From assembly GCF_001545095.1 (NCBI RefSeq), contig NZ_CP013213.1, forward strand, positions 1 through 32,000: DNA of 32,000 nt. Reading direction: 5' to 3'. The notes below the pieces were generated by a model, which was not told where the DNA came from, did no database searches, and saw only the letters and a list, made by a program, of their open reading frames with translations. The translations under genes and the position numbers were made by a program. Origin of the DNA: Erysipelothrix larvae. GTDB lineage: Bacteria; Bacillota_I; Bacilli_A; Erysipelotrichales; Erysipelotrichaceae. Positions 19,263 through 29,297 of this stretch are shown here, piece after piece. Every line of letters begins with the position of its first letter. The stretch's first letter is position 1.

Positions 19263-20048
19263 ATGATACGATTCACAATTGAGACTCGTAGGGATAATTT
19301 CTCATACGAGTTAGAGAACACAGTAAAAGACGAATTAAGCAAACGTGGGTGCATTTACGATCCACAAAATCCAGAACTCGTCATTTGCATTGGTGGTGAT
19401 GGAACCTTACTCCATGCATTTCATCGTTATCTTGATAAAATAGATTCGATATCATTTGTTGGGATACATACCGGAACTTTAGGATTTTCTACAGATTATA
19501 TCTTAGAAAACATTGAAGAGTTCTTTGATGATGTGACGCATAAAGAGCCAACTTATGATGATAAACGCATTTTAGAGGTGACCTGTTTTGGTAAAGATGG
19601 AAGTAAACATTCTTTCTTTGCACTAAATGAAATTCGTGTTGAGAACATTGTTAAGACACAAAATATTGAAGTATCCCTTAATGGTGAATACTTTGAGTTC
19701 TTTAGAGGAAATGGCTTATGTGTATCGGGACAACATGGATCGACTGCGTACAACCGATCGATTGGAGGCGCAGTAATTTATTGTAATCTAGATTTACTCC
19801 AAGTAACGGAAATATCTGGCATTCATCATCGCCACGCACGAAGCCTTGCTGCACCACTTATATTAGATCCTGACACTATTATTCAATTTTCAAGTGATAG
19901 CTTTGAACATGCTTTATTGTGTTATGATCATTTGCACATTCATCTCGATAATATTGAGCATTTAGAAATTAAGCACAACATAAAAAAAATGCGCTTTGCG
20001 CATTATAAATCAATATCTTATATTGAAAGATTAAACGCCCTCTTCTAA
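19263..20048 (+). CDS. nadK: NAD kinase
   Basis: The GGDGTLL motif, NE.R.E, and STAYN.S.GG. RBS is AAAGGAAGAG. Confidence 0.93.
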   Translation: MIRFTIETRRDNFSYELENTVKDELSKRGCIYDPQNPELVICIGGDGTLLHAFHRYLDKIDSISFVGIHTGTLGFSTDYILENIEEFFDDVTHKEPTYDDKRILEVTCFGKDGSKHSFFALNEIRVENIVKTQNIEVSLNGEYFEFFRGNGLCVSGQHGSTAYNRSIGGAVIYCNLDLLQVTEISGIHHRHARSLAAPLILDPDTIIQFSSDSFEHALLCYDHLHIHLDNIEHLEIKHNIKKMRFAHYKSISYIERLNALF

Positions 20049-21244
20049 TGTTGATGGGCGTTTTGAATTTCACTGTACATATGGAATGCAATCGCGAAAG
20101 GAATCATATACGATACAAGCGAGGAACCACCTTGTGATATCAAGGGAAGCGTAATCCCTGTGATTGGAAGCAATCCAACAACCATTCCAATATTTTGAAA
20201 ATGTTGGAATATAAGCAATCCCAATACCCCAGCCATTACAGTTCTTTCTCGCATTAAATCACTTCTATAGGTGATATAAGCAAGTCGCAAATCAAGTGAG
20301 AAACAAGCAACAATCACAACAACTGCTCCCATAAATCCAAAGTTTTGTGCTAAAACTGCAAAGATAAAGTCAGTGCGTGATTCTGGGTAAACTAAGACTA
20401 CAGATTTAAGCGGATGGCCTGTCCAACCGGCAGTACCTATTGAAGATATCGCACGGTAAAGTTGGTGCCCTTGATCAATTGAGTATTTCTCGAAATCTAG
20501 CCAGCCATAAAAACGATCCAACCGATAGTTGGTTCCAGAACCACCAAATAGTGCATTCAGTGTTTGAGGGTCGTTATAGTAAAGATAAATAATTCCAAAG
20601 AACACAACACATGCAGCAGAACCAATAATGATAAACCATTCTCGTCGAACGCCAGACATAAAGAACATCACTGCAAAGCTGATTACAATAATAATTGGAA
20701 CCCCTGTATCAGGTTGTAAGAAGATAAAGATCAGTGCAGGTAATACATAAACTGCGAGTTTCATTAATAATTTCACATCATCTTTAAAACTAAATTTTGT
20801 GCGTTCTTCATTATGTTTCATAATAATATTCGCACCAATCAACAACAATACAATCTTCATAAATTCACTGGGTTGAAAGGAACCAATCCCGGGGATATCA
20901 TACCAAGCATATGCACCATTTCTCCAAGGAATAAGTGAAGTCGTTATAATTTGTTTGCTTGCTAAGACTTGGAAGAATAAAAGAATCATCAGTATAAAAT
21001 AGAGTGGGTAAGCGAGTGTAAATAAACGGTCAGTTCCCATCTTCAGAATAATATAAACCAATACAATACTAACCGCAAACCAAAATAATTGTCTAATAAT
21101 AAAGTCAGCACTCGTGTTTCCATTATTTAATGGAGCAGCCAAATAAATACCGATAATACCAAGCAATCCATTAAAAGCGATGATTGATACGAGAATCCAA
21201 TCCAATGTGAATTTTTTTCGGCTCTCATTGAAACGATTTGTCAT
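20045..21244 (-). CDS. FtsW/RodA/SpoVE (SEDS) family peptidoglycan glycosyltransferase
   Basis: About 10 TM segments, and conserved C-terminal motifs (PESRTDFIFA, GLLPITGITLPLISQGGSS). RBS is GGAGGA. Confidence 0.92.
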   Translation of the reverse strand: MTNRFNESRKKFTLDWILVSIIAFNGLLGIIGIYLAAPLNNGNTSADFIIRQLFWFAVSIVLVYIILKMGTDRLFTLAYPLYFILMILLFFQVLASKQIITTSLIPWRNGAYAWYDIPGIGSFQPSEFMKIVLLLIGANIIMKHNEERTKFSFKDDVKLLMKLAVYVLPALIFIFLQPDTGVPIIIVISFAVMFFMSGVRREWFIIIGSAACVVFFGIIYLYYNDPQTLNALFGGSGTNYRLDRFYGWLDFEKYSIDQGHQLYRAISSIGTAGWTGHPLKSVVLVYPESRTDFIFAVLAQNFGFMGAVVVIVACFSLDLRLAYITYRSDLMRERTVMAGVLGLLIFQHFQNIGMVVGLLPITGITLPLISQGGSSLVSYMIPFAIAFHMYSEIQNAHQH

Positions 21245-21311
21245 ACGTTCCTCCTTTTTAAATTGAGAGATTTTAGTGTATAATGAATGAGTATAATGAC
21301 GAGGTGCAAAT

Positions 21312-22856
21312 ATGAATCGTTTTCAAACATATTATGAGAATTTAAACCTACCTCTTAAGTTAGCGCTTTTTGGTGCGCTGCTTGTTGGTGTTGGATCTCT
21401 ATTAGGAAATCCATTTATTCATGAAGTATTAAAACTAGATACAACTAATATCACACAAGTAACACAAACCTTGTTGGTTTGTGGTTCTCTTATTTTAACA
21501 TACTTTCCAATAACAATTTTTGTGAAATTATTGCAATTAAGAACAGACGACAAGAACATGACGATTATTGGTGTTGCATCGTATGCAATTTTCTTGATGG
21601 CAATCTTACTTTTTGCGCCACAAAATTTATCCAGTAATTCATATGTTCCAAACATATCATATACCGTAGGCACTACAAGTACCAAACTAATGCGCACAGG
21701 CGTGTTTGGATTAATTGGTGTATACTTTATTGTTCGTTGGGTATATAAACGAAACTTTGGAGCAAAACTCTTTAATGTACTCGCAATTTTTGATGCGAGT
21801 CTCTTTAGATTTATCTACTGTGCTATCTTGTCCTTTGTTTTTGGACTCTTAATGGCAAACTATTGGCCTGTATTCATTGACTGGATTTATGGTATTCTTC
21901 GTTTTATCGCAAGTGATGTCTACAATCCTATGACACTCTTTGCTTTTGGAACCCTCGAACGCTTTACATCATTACTTGGATTGAATGATATTGTACGTGC
22001 TGAAATGTGGTTGGGATCTTTAGGTGGGACATGGAACGATTTAAATAATGTCACATTAGTCGGAGATATTAATATCTGGCAAGGCCAACTCAATTCAAAT
22101 CTTGCAATCCTTGGAATTGGTGGTGCTGGAAGATACTCAACAGCGTTTTATGTATTGAATCTCTTCGCAATCCCTGGGTATATCACGGCAGTATTCACCT
22201 CCGTTTCAGATCGTAAACGAAGAACACGATTAATTGGAGTGGCAGTATTCTTGTTTGTTCTCTCAATGTTGTCAGGGATTTTAGACCAAGTAGAACTCTT
22301 TATGCTCCTAACATCACCACTGCTTTATCTCTTCCATATCTTTATGGTTGGGTTTGTGAATGCCGTATTAACAGGATTCTCAGTGACCATTGGATTCTCG
22401 TTTTTAAATGTACTAGGCGCAGCCAATCCTGGGAACCTTATTGATCTAATTGGTTTAGCACGCAATAACGTAAGCACAGATCAAATTTGGATTCTTGTAC
22501 TCTTTGGTGCAATCGTATTCTTTATTTACTTTGGTGTTACACGCTTCTATTACAGCAAGCTCGCAATGGATGTATTAAATGTCGGAAGTAAAGACGATGA
22601 TACCACTGATTTCATCGAACGATTGGGTGGAATTGATAATATTACTGAAATTTCAAGTATGCCAACACGCCTTATTGTAACGTTGAAAGACGATGATGAC
22701 ATTAATGTTGAAGGATTACACCACCAAGGTGTATCACGTATTGTTAAAGCGCGGATAGGATATATCTTATCGTATGGTGCTGGAGCTTACATGCTACAAA
22801 AAGAAGTGAATAAACGAATGAAAGAAAAAGATGTTAGTCAGAGTGAGGAATCTTAA
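21312..22856 (+). CDS. PTS glucose-family EIIC-EIIB-like membrane protein with degenerate catalytic motifs
   Basis: The EIIC-like core includes LSGILDQVELFMLLTSPLLYLFHIFMVG, compared with the canonical LTGITEPIEF.F.FVAPVLY.IHA. The C-terminal EIIB-like domain reads GGIDNITEISSMPTRLIVTLKD, compared with the canonical GG..NI....HCATRLR. RBS is GAGGTG. Confidence 0.8.
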   Translation: MNRFQTYYENLNLPLKLALFGALLVGVGSLLGNPFIHEVLKLDTTNITQVTQTLLVCGSLILTYFPITIFVKLLQLRTDDKNMTIIGVASYAIFLMAILLFAPQNLSSNSYVPNISYTVGTTSTKLMRTGVFGLIGVYFIVRWVYKRNFGAKLFNVLAIFDASLFRFIYCAILSFVFGLLMANYWPVFIDWIYGILRFIASDVYNPMTLFAFGTLERFTSLLGLNDIVRAEMWLGSLGGTWNDLNNVTLVGDINIWQGQLNSNLAILGIGGAGRYSTAFYVLNLFAIPGYITAVFTSVSDRKRRTRLIGVAVFLFVLSMLSGILDQVELFMLLTSPLLYLFHIFMVGFVNAVLTGFSVTIGFSFLNVLGAANPGNLIDLIGLARNNVSTDQIWILVLFGAIVFFIYFGVTRFYYSKLAMDVLNVGSKDDDTTDFIERLGGIDNITEISSMPTRLIVTLKDDDDINVEGLHHQGVSRIVKARIGYILSYGAGAYMLQKEVNKRMKEKDVSQSEES

Positions 22857-25364
22857 ATGAACAAGGAAACATTGACACCAATGCTCCAACAATATATGGA
22901 AATAAAGGAGAACACCAATGATGCATTGGTGTTTTATCGATTGGGCGACTTTTATGAACTGTTTTTTGATGATGCAATTATTGCATCTAAAGTACTAGAC
23001 CTTGTTCTAACAAGTCGTGGTGCAGGAAAAAACCAAAAAGCACCGATGTGTGGTGTCCCTTATCATGCATCAAAATCGTACATTCAAAAACTCATATCAA
23101 ACGGATATAAAGTTGCGATTGTTGAGCAAGTTGAAGATCCAAAAGAAGCAAAAGGCCTTGTACGACGCGAAGTCGTTGAAGTTGTAACACCGGGAACATA
23201 TCTTGAACAAGACGATTCTGGATTCAGACAGATTGCGTCGTTGACCGAAGACCTTGTTTATGCAACATTTGTTATGTGTGATATTTCAAGTGGATCCATG
23301 CGCGCAATCCGCGTTATGAACCAAGAATCCGAAATCATCAAAATCATCAAACAATACTCAATCTTTGAACTCGTAGTTGGCAGTGAATTTAGTGAAAAGG
23401 CAAAACAGACACTTCAAGAAAAAGTGAATGTTGTTTTTTCGACTGAAGATGGCTTGGATTCAAAGTATAAACATCAAGAAAAAGCAATTCAAACAGGATA
23501 TCAACGTTTGGTACATTATCTATTCTCTACACAAAAAAGAACCTTAATGCATTTGAGTGATATTGTGGTGTTAAATGATGAATCATACATGCGCATGGAC
23601 TATGCAACACTCAGAAACCTAGAACTATTAAGTCACGAATCAGATAAGACATTATCACTGTATTCGTTTGTAAATCGAACACACACAACACTGGGTTCAC
23701 GTCTATTAAGAGAAGATATTATGCAACCTTTAGTGTCTATGGATCGTATAAAACAAAGACATCATCAGATTGAGACTCTCCAAAACGCACGTCTTGAATA
23801 TCACACAGTTATTTCTGCATTATCAGATACCTATGATATCCAACGTGTTATAGCACGTATCTCAACAGGAAAATGCAATGCCCAAGACTTAGTAAGACTT
23901 AAAAAGACGTTGGGATTGTATCATACGATTTCTGATACACTAAAAGAATTTGAATGTTTTAATTTCATCACCCAAACACCACAACTCAAAGATGTTTATC
24001 AATCCCTTGACCAAGCAATTTTTGATGATGCTCCAGTTCAACTTAAAGATGGAAAAACATTTAAACCAAACATCAACAAAGAATTGGATGAGCTAATTAC
24101 TCTTACAAAAGATGGGAAAAAATGGCTTTTAGAGTATGAAGCAAAAGAAAAAGAAAAAACAGGAATTAAAAATCTAAAAGTTGGATATACACGCGCTTTT
24201 GGATATTATATTGAAATTTCAAAAGGACAAGTGCAAAATGTGGACGATTCCTTTGGGTATATTCGAAGACAAACGCTCACAAATGTTGAACGATACATCA
24301 GCGAAGAACTTCAAACATATGAAACGAAAATCCTCAAAGCGAGTGATCGCATTTTAGAAATCGAACAAGAACTTCTAAAACAATATGTTGAGTATGTTTC
24401 AACCTATGCACACACAATTCATACTATAGGGGATGGCATCGCACGACTGGATGTCTTGTGTGCCTACACAGAGGTGTCATCACTTCCAGGGTATGTAAAA
24501 CCAACATTTTCAAATCATAATGTGTTAAAGATTGAAAATGGTCGCCACCCTGTACTGGAAGTACAAATGGGAGCACAAAACTATGTCGCAAACGATGCAA
24601 CATTTAGTTCAAAGCAACTTATTAAAATCTTAACCGGTCCTAATATGGGTGGTAAGAGCACGTATATGCGCATGGTAGCAATTAATGTGATTTTAGCCCA
24701 AATGGGATGCTTTGTTCCATGTGATGCAATGGAGTTGTCAATCGTAGACCAAATCTTTACACGTATGGGTGCTAATGATGACATCCTACTGGGTCAATCG
24801 ACGTTTATGATTGAAATGATTGAGGCACAAAACGCGCTTATGAATGCTACAGCAGAATCCTTGATCCTTTTTGATGAAATTGGGCGAGGGACTGCTACCT
24901 ATGACGGTATGGCACTTGCTCAAGCAATCGTTGAATATCTTGCACATATTGTTCATGCAAAGACGATATTTTCAACACATTACCATGAGCTTGTTGCACT
25001 TGAGAAAAGTCTTGACACGGTAACAAACATTCACGTAGAGGTGCATGAAGAGAACGAACATGTTACCTTCTTATATAAAGTAGTTCCCGGTGGTGCGGAC
25101 CGTTCCTATGGGATCAATGTTGCACGATTAGCACATCTACCTAATAAAGTGATTGAACACGCAAAAGAAAACCTCGTTCGTTTTGAAGCACAAAAAGGAG
25201 CGATAGACCTTGAACGTAAAGTTGTCGTTGTGGAAAAAACATCTGACAGCTACCGCAAAGTACAAGGAATGTTAGCTCAGGTAGATGTAAATCAAATGAC
25301 ACCACTTGAAGCACTCACATTCTTAGCAGAAATACAAAAAGAAATGAGGGATGATAATGGCTAA
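22857..25364 (+). CDS. mutS: DNA mismatch repair protein MutS
   Basis: The N-terminal mismatch-binding motif (TPMLQQYMEIK...FYRLGDFYELF), Walker A GPNMGGKST, and DEIGRGT/STHYHEL. The ATG directly abuts the upstream stop codon. Confidence 0.97.
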   Translation: MNKETLTPMLQQYMEIKENTNDALVFYRLGDFYELFFDDAIIASKVLDLVLTSRGAGKNQKAPMCGVPYHASKSYIQKLISNGYKVAIVEQVEDPKEAKGLVRREVVEVVTPGTYLEQDDSGFRQIASLTEDLVYATFVMCDISSGSMRAIRVMNQESEIIKIIKQYSIFELVVGSEFSEKAKQTLQEKVNVVFSTEDGLDSKYKHQEKAIQTGYQRLVHYLFSTQKRTLMHLSDIVVLNDESYMRMDYATLRNLELLSHESDKTLSLYSFVNRTHTTLGSRLLREDIMQPLVSMDRIKQRHHQIETLQNARLEYHTVISALSDTYDIQRVIARISTGKCNAQDLVRLKKTLGLYHTISDTLKEFECFNFITQTPQLKDVYQSLDQAIFDDAPVQLKDGKTFKPNINKELDELITLTKDGKKWLLEYEAKEKEKTGIKNLKVGYTRAFGYYIEISKGQVQNVDDSFGYIRRQTLTNVERYISEELQTYETKILKASDRILEIEQELLKQYVEYVSTYAHTIHTIGDGIARLDVLCAYTEVSSLPGYVKPTFSNHNVLKIENGRHPVLEVQMGAQNYVANDATFSSKQLIKILTGPNMGGKSTYMRMVAINVILAQMGCFVPCDAMELSIVDQIFTRMGANDDILLGQSTFMIEMIEAQNALMNATAESLILFDEIGRGTATYDGMALAQAIVEYLAHIVHAKTIFSTHYHELVALEKSLDTVTNIHVEVHEENEHVTFLYKVVPGGADRSYGINVARLAHLPNKVIEHAKENLVRFEAQKGAIDLERKVVVVEKTSDSYRKVQGMLAQVDVNQMTPLEALTFLAEIQKEMRDDNG

Positions 25365-27159
25365 AATTCAAGTCATGGATGCACACCTTGCCAATATGAT
25401 TGCGGCAGGAGAAGTTGTAGAACGCCCTTCAGGTATTGTAAAAGAACTTGTAGAAAACTCATTGGATGCCCAAGCAACACACATTGAGATTCATGTGCGT
25501 GAAGGGGGTATGCAAGAAATAGCAGTGATTGATAATGGAGAGGGAATGGATGAGGAAGATCTTAAAAACGCATTTAAACGCCATTCAACCAGTAAAGTAT
25601 CAAAAGCACAAGACCTAAGTCACATACATACCTTTGGATTTAGGGGTGAAGCTTTACCATCCATAGCTTCCGTTAGTATTGTGAATGCAAATTCTCACGA
25701 TGGCCAAAAGGGACATGAAATTGTCATTGATAATGGACAAGAAATTTCATTCCAACGGTTTGCCCGAAACAAGGGAACCACTGTTCGGATTACAAGCTTA
25801 TTTTCAAAAGTACCTGCGCGACTAAAATACATTAAGAATGTACGATATGAGTATTCTATTATCGTTGACATAGTTCAAAAATTCGCGATGTCCAATCCTC
25901 ACGTAAGCTTTATATTAATGAATGATGGTGCAGAAACATTTCGAACCTATGGCACTGGACAACTCAAGGATGTTTTCCTCCAAGTTTTTGGACCAACTAT
26001 AGCGCGTGATTCAAAATCATTTCAAGGAGAAACCTTCGATTTTAAGATTGAAGGTATTTTAGCGTTACCTCAACATAATCGAGCAAATCGATATGCTCTT
26101 TGGATATATTTAAATGGTCGAATGGTACGAATTCCAAAAGTACAAAATGCAATCATCGAAGCATACAAGCGTTATATGCCTCAAGGCAGATTTCCAATTG
26201 CAGTGATAAACATCACAGTTGATCCACACCTTGTTGACGTGAATGTTCACCCAAGTAAGTGGGAAGTACGCATATCAAAAGAAGAAGATCTCATTCAATG
26301 TGTCCTGAATACCATTGAAAACTCACTCAATACCACAACAGTTACAGCCCGTGTTTTTAAAGAAAAACCCCGGGAAGAACAAGTTGATTTTAAACAAGAT
26401 CTCATTGAAACCACTCCCGCACCGTTTGTTCCAGTCTTGAAATCAGAAGAAGAAACGCTTTCTGTAACGCAAGAAGCGGTAATTGAATTAAATCATAACA
26501 GCGAAGAAACAGAGACTGATTATGAGCCAATTATTTTGGAGGATTTGAAAGTTGAAGAAGATATTGAAGACGTTGAATCATCCCGTATAGAACCCTTGAC
26601 TGTTCTATCACAAATGAGTGGAAAGTATATTTTGGCGCAAGGTGATCAAGGACTCTATATTATTGATCAACATGCTGCAATGGAACGCATTCGTTATGAA
26701 TACTATCAATCCATGCTTCTTCATAACCAATACCCGACTCAACCACTGTTGATGCCAGTTCTATTAGAAGGGAGACAAAAAGCACTCTCACGTCTAGGCG
26801 AACTCATACAAATCTTTAATGCAGTTCAAATCGATATTGAACCCTTTGATGAAACATCATTAATTGTTCGTGAAATTCCTGCTTGGTTAAAAGATGCGGA
26901 TGTGAAGTCTTTTGCTGAAGAAATATTAGATACCTTTGAAGAAGAGAAAACGGTTGATATTGAATCAATGCGACGTTTGTCAATTGCAACTTTAGCTTGT
27001 CATAGCTCAGTTCGTTTCAATGAGTATCTTTCACAAGAAGAAATGCAACAACTTATTGAAAGTTTGAGACGTTGTGAACAACCTTTCCACTGTCCACACG
27101 GAAGGCCAACTTTAATTCTGATGGACCATCATTCACTTGAAAGAGAGTTCAAACGATGA
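25357..27159 (+). CDS. mutL: DNA mismatch repair protein MutL
   Basis: GHKL motifs (IAAGEVVERP, ELVENSLDA, DNGEGM, GFRGEAL) and the C-terminal endonuclease motif region. The ATG at 25357 (MAKIQ) sits 6 nt after GAGGG and is preferred to 25351. Confidence 0.96.
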   Translation: MAKIQVMDAHLANMIAAGEVVERPSGIVKELVENSLDAQATHIEIHVREGGMQEIAVIDNGEGMDEEDLKNAFKRHSTSKVSKAQDLSHIHTFGFRGEALPSIASVSIVNANSHDGQKGHEIVIDNGQEISFQRFARNKGTTVRITSLFSKVPARLKYIKNVRYEYSIIVDIVQKFAMSNPHVSFILMNDGAETFRTYGTGQLKDVFLQVFGPTIARDSKSFQGETFDFKIEGILALPQHNRANRYALWIYLNGRMVRIPKVQNAIIEAYKRYMPQGRFPIAVINITVDPHLVDVNVHPSKWEVRISKEEDLIQCVLNTIENSLNTTTVTARVFKEKPREEQVDFKQDLIETTPAPFVPVLKSEEETLSVTQEAVIELNHNSEETETDYEPIILEDLKVEEDIEDVESSRIEPLTVLSQMSGKYILAQGDQGLYIIDQHAAMERIRYEYYQSMLLHNQYPTQPLLMPVLLEGRQKALSRLGELIQIFNAVQIDIEPFDETSLIVREIPAWLKDADVKSFAEEILDTFEEEKTVDIESMRRLSIATLACHSSVRFNEYLSQEEMQQLIESLRRCEQPFHCPHGRPTLILMDHHSLEREFKR

Positions 27160-28046
27160 ATAAGGTATACGTCATTGCAGGAATCACTGCTTCAGGAAAA
27201 AGTAACACTGCGATTCAACTCGCCAAAAAATATAACGCTGAAATCATCAGTGCAGATTCCGTAGCGGTGTATAAAGAATTTAATATTGGCAGTGCAAAGC
27301 CAACCCTTAAAGAACAACAAGGGATCAAACATCACTTAATCGATATTCGATCCTACAGTGAATCCTATGATGTCGCGCAATTTCAAAAGGAAGCACGTGC
27401 TTGCATCAAAGAGATCCAAGATAGAGGAAAACAAGTGATTGTAGTCGGTGGTACTGGACTTTATCTAAAAGCACTGCTGTTTGATTATCGCTTTAATGAT
27501 GAACCAGAAATTGAGATTCAAGTGGACGAGGAATCGGATGAGGCACTTTACCAAAAGCTTGTTACTTATGATCCACATGCGGCACAGAAACTCCATCCAA
27601 ACAATCGTAAACGTGTCGTACGTGCTTTAAGTGCATATGTTAGGACGCAAAAGACACAACAAGAACGCACCGATAATCAAAAAGATATCCAAGTGATTGA
27701 TGCGGATATTTACTTTCTTACGGGCCCTCGTGAAGTGATGTATGAGCGTATGGATCAGCGTGTTGAACACATGTTTGAGTCAGGGCTTAAAGAAGAGGTT
27801 CTTGCACTTTACCAAAATGACACAGAATTCTTTATGCATCAAAGTGCACAAGCAATTGGGTATCGGGAATTTAAAGAATATTTCCTGGGAAATCAAGATC
27901 TTGACCAAACTAAAGCATTAATTAAAAGAGATACTCGGAGATTTGCAAAGCGCCAATGGACATGGTTTAGACATCAGATGGATATAAACACGATCGATAT
28001 CACTGAAGCAAATCCATTTGAAGAAATTGTAAATTCCTCATTCTAA
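27156..28046 (+). CDS. miaA: tRNA dimethylallyltransferase
   Basis: P-loop GITASGKS, ISADS..VY, and HHLID. There is an ATGA start/stop overlap with mutL. Confidence 0.95.
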   Translation: MNKVYVIAGITASGKSNTAIQLAKKYNAEIISADSVAVYKEFNIGSAKPTLKEQQGIKHHLIDIRSYSESYDVAQFQKEARACIKEIQDRGKQVIVVGGTGLYLKALLFDYRFNDEPEIEIQVDEESDEALYQKLVTYDPHAAQKLHPNNRKRVVRALSAYVRTQKTQQERTDNQKDIQVIDADIYFLTGPREVMYERMDQRVEHMFESGLKEEVLALYQNDTEFFMHQSAQAIGYREFKEYFLGNQDLDQTKALIKRDTRRFAKRQWTWFRHQMDINTIDITEANPFEEIVNSSF

Positions 28047-28186
28047 ATTTAAATTGAAAAAGATAAAGTTCCCTTCAAACCGAATTAATCGTGTGCAATA
28101 TGCTTAAAATTTCACAAACGAACGCCATAACTTATACTTATTTACTAAAAGAATGAAAATAGCATAGAAAATCTGTAAAGTGTGGT

Positions 28187-28215
28187 TTGAAATTACGGCC
28201 ATCCCTTTGTATGAT
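28187..28215 (+). promoter_or_regulatory. Promoter of the lipoprotein gene
   Basis: TTGAAA (28187-28192), a 17-nt spacer, then TATGAT (28210-28215). A strong RBS, GAAGGAGGA, follows. Confidence 0.55.
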
Positions 28216-28244
28216 ATAAGGGAAACGAAGGAGGAAGTTTCATA

Positions 28245-29204
28245 ATGAAAAAATTAGCAGGATTATTGCTAGCTTCACTGCTTGTATTAACAGCATGTGG
28301 AAGCAATGACAATGATACCCCAGCAGGTGAAACTGCAGCATTGAAGATTGGTACAGGGATTGTTACAACTGAATCTGTAACACCAGCTACTGAAGAAGCA
28401 GAGGGTAAATTCTCAATCAATACTTACTACGCAACAATCGTATTAGAAGGCGACAAAATCGTATCTACATACATTGACGTAGCTCAAAATTCAATTTCTT
28501 TTGATCTTGAAGGAAATATCACAGGTGAGTCAGTACCAGGAACTAAAAAAGAACAAGGTGATGACTACGGTATGGCTACAAAAAACCCAGCTGCTCTTGC
28601 TGAATGGTATGTACAAATTGGAAACTTAGAAGATTGGACAATCGGAAAAACTGTAGCTGAAGTACTAGCTATGGAAACTAAAGAAAAAGATGAAGCACAT
28701 CCAGCAGTACCAACAGAGTCAGATTTAACTTCAAAAGTTACAATCTCAGTTGAAGGTTACTTAGCAGCAATCGAAGCAGCAAGCAAGAACGCTGTTGAAG
28801 TTGAAGGTGCAGTACAAATCTCTACAGCAAGCACAACAGCATCAAAAGACGGTGCAATTGAACTTAACACAAACATCGCTGTAATCGCTACAGATGCAGA
28901 CGGTAAAGTTGTTCACGCATTCATCGATGTTATGCAAAGTGGAGCTACAGTAGCTGAAGACGGAACTGTTGCTGGTAAAGGAATCCTTAAAACTAAGGGT
29001 GAATTAGGCGACGACTACGGAATGGGTAAGAATAGCGATAACGAATGGTATGTACAACGTGATGCGTATGTTGAATGGCTCGCTGGTAAAACAGCAAGTG
29101 AAGCAGCTGGAGAAGCTGATCTTCCATCAACAGTAACAATCACAACATCTGGATTCCAAGCTGCAGTTGCTAAAGCATTCTCAAGCTTAGAAAACATTAA
29201 GTAA
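28245..29204 (+). CDS. Lipoprotein with two tandem FMN_bind-like domains
   Basis: Signal peptide plus the lipobox LTAC (Cys18). There is an internal duplication (aa about 33-180 and about 186-312) sharing G.K(I/V)V..(Y/F)IDV.Q, TK.E.GDDYGM, EWYVQ, W..GKT..E and DL.S.VTI...G...A. Confidence 0.85.
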   Translation: MKKLAGLLLASLLVLTACGSNDNDTPAGETAALKIGTGIVTTESVTPATEEAEGKFSINTYYATIVLEGDKIVSTYIDVAQNSISFDLEGNITGESVPGTKKEQGDDYGMATKNPAALAEWYVQIGNLEDWTIGKTVAEVLAMETKEKDEAHPAVPTESDLTSKVTISVEGYLAAIEAASKNAVEVEGAVQISTASTTASKDGAIELNTNIAVIATDADGKVVHAFIDVMQSGATVAEDGTVAGKGILKTKGELGDDYGMGKNSDNEWYVQRDAYVEWLAGKTASEAAGEADLPSTVTITTSGFQAAVAKAFSSLENIK

Positions 29205-29211
29205 TTCAATT

Positions 29212-29238
29212 AAAGAACGTGGAGACACGTTCTTTTTT
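29212..29238 (+). terminator. Rho-independent terminator after the lipoprotein gene
   Basis: AAAGAACGTG-GAGA-CACGTTCTTT forms a perfect 10-bp stem. Its 3' arm runs into a T tract that ends at 29238. Confidence 0.85.
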
Positions 29239-29253
29239 AAACTCAAAGAACGA

Positions 29254-29291
29254 AAAAAAGAGCTGGAGGTATCATAAACCGTCCAGCTCTT
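29254..29291 (-). terminator. Rho-independent terminator after rarA (minus strand)
   Basis: AAGAGCTGGA (29258-29267) pairs with TCCAGCTCTT (29282-29291). On the minus strand the hairpin is followed by a T7 run, the complement of A 29254-29260. Confidence 0.8.
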
Positions 29292-29297
29292 TGTGTA

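Noticed and set aside
20045-20048. A 4-nt convergent stop-codon overlap of nadK and the SEDS gene, without a visible terminator
   Set aside because: It is real in the sequence, but minimal overlaps of this kind are common in compact genomes. It is much less striking than the 50-nt overlap at 18664-18713.
28193-28420. A 75-aa minus-strand ORF across the lipoprotein promoter and signal peptide
   Set aside because: It is antisense to a gene with a promoter, RBS and lipobox, so it is a shadow ORF.
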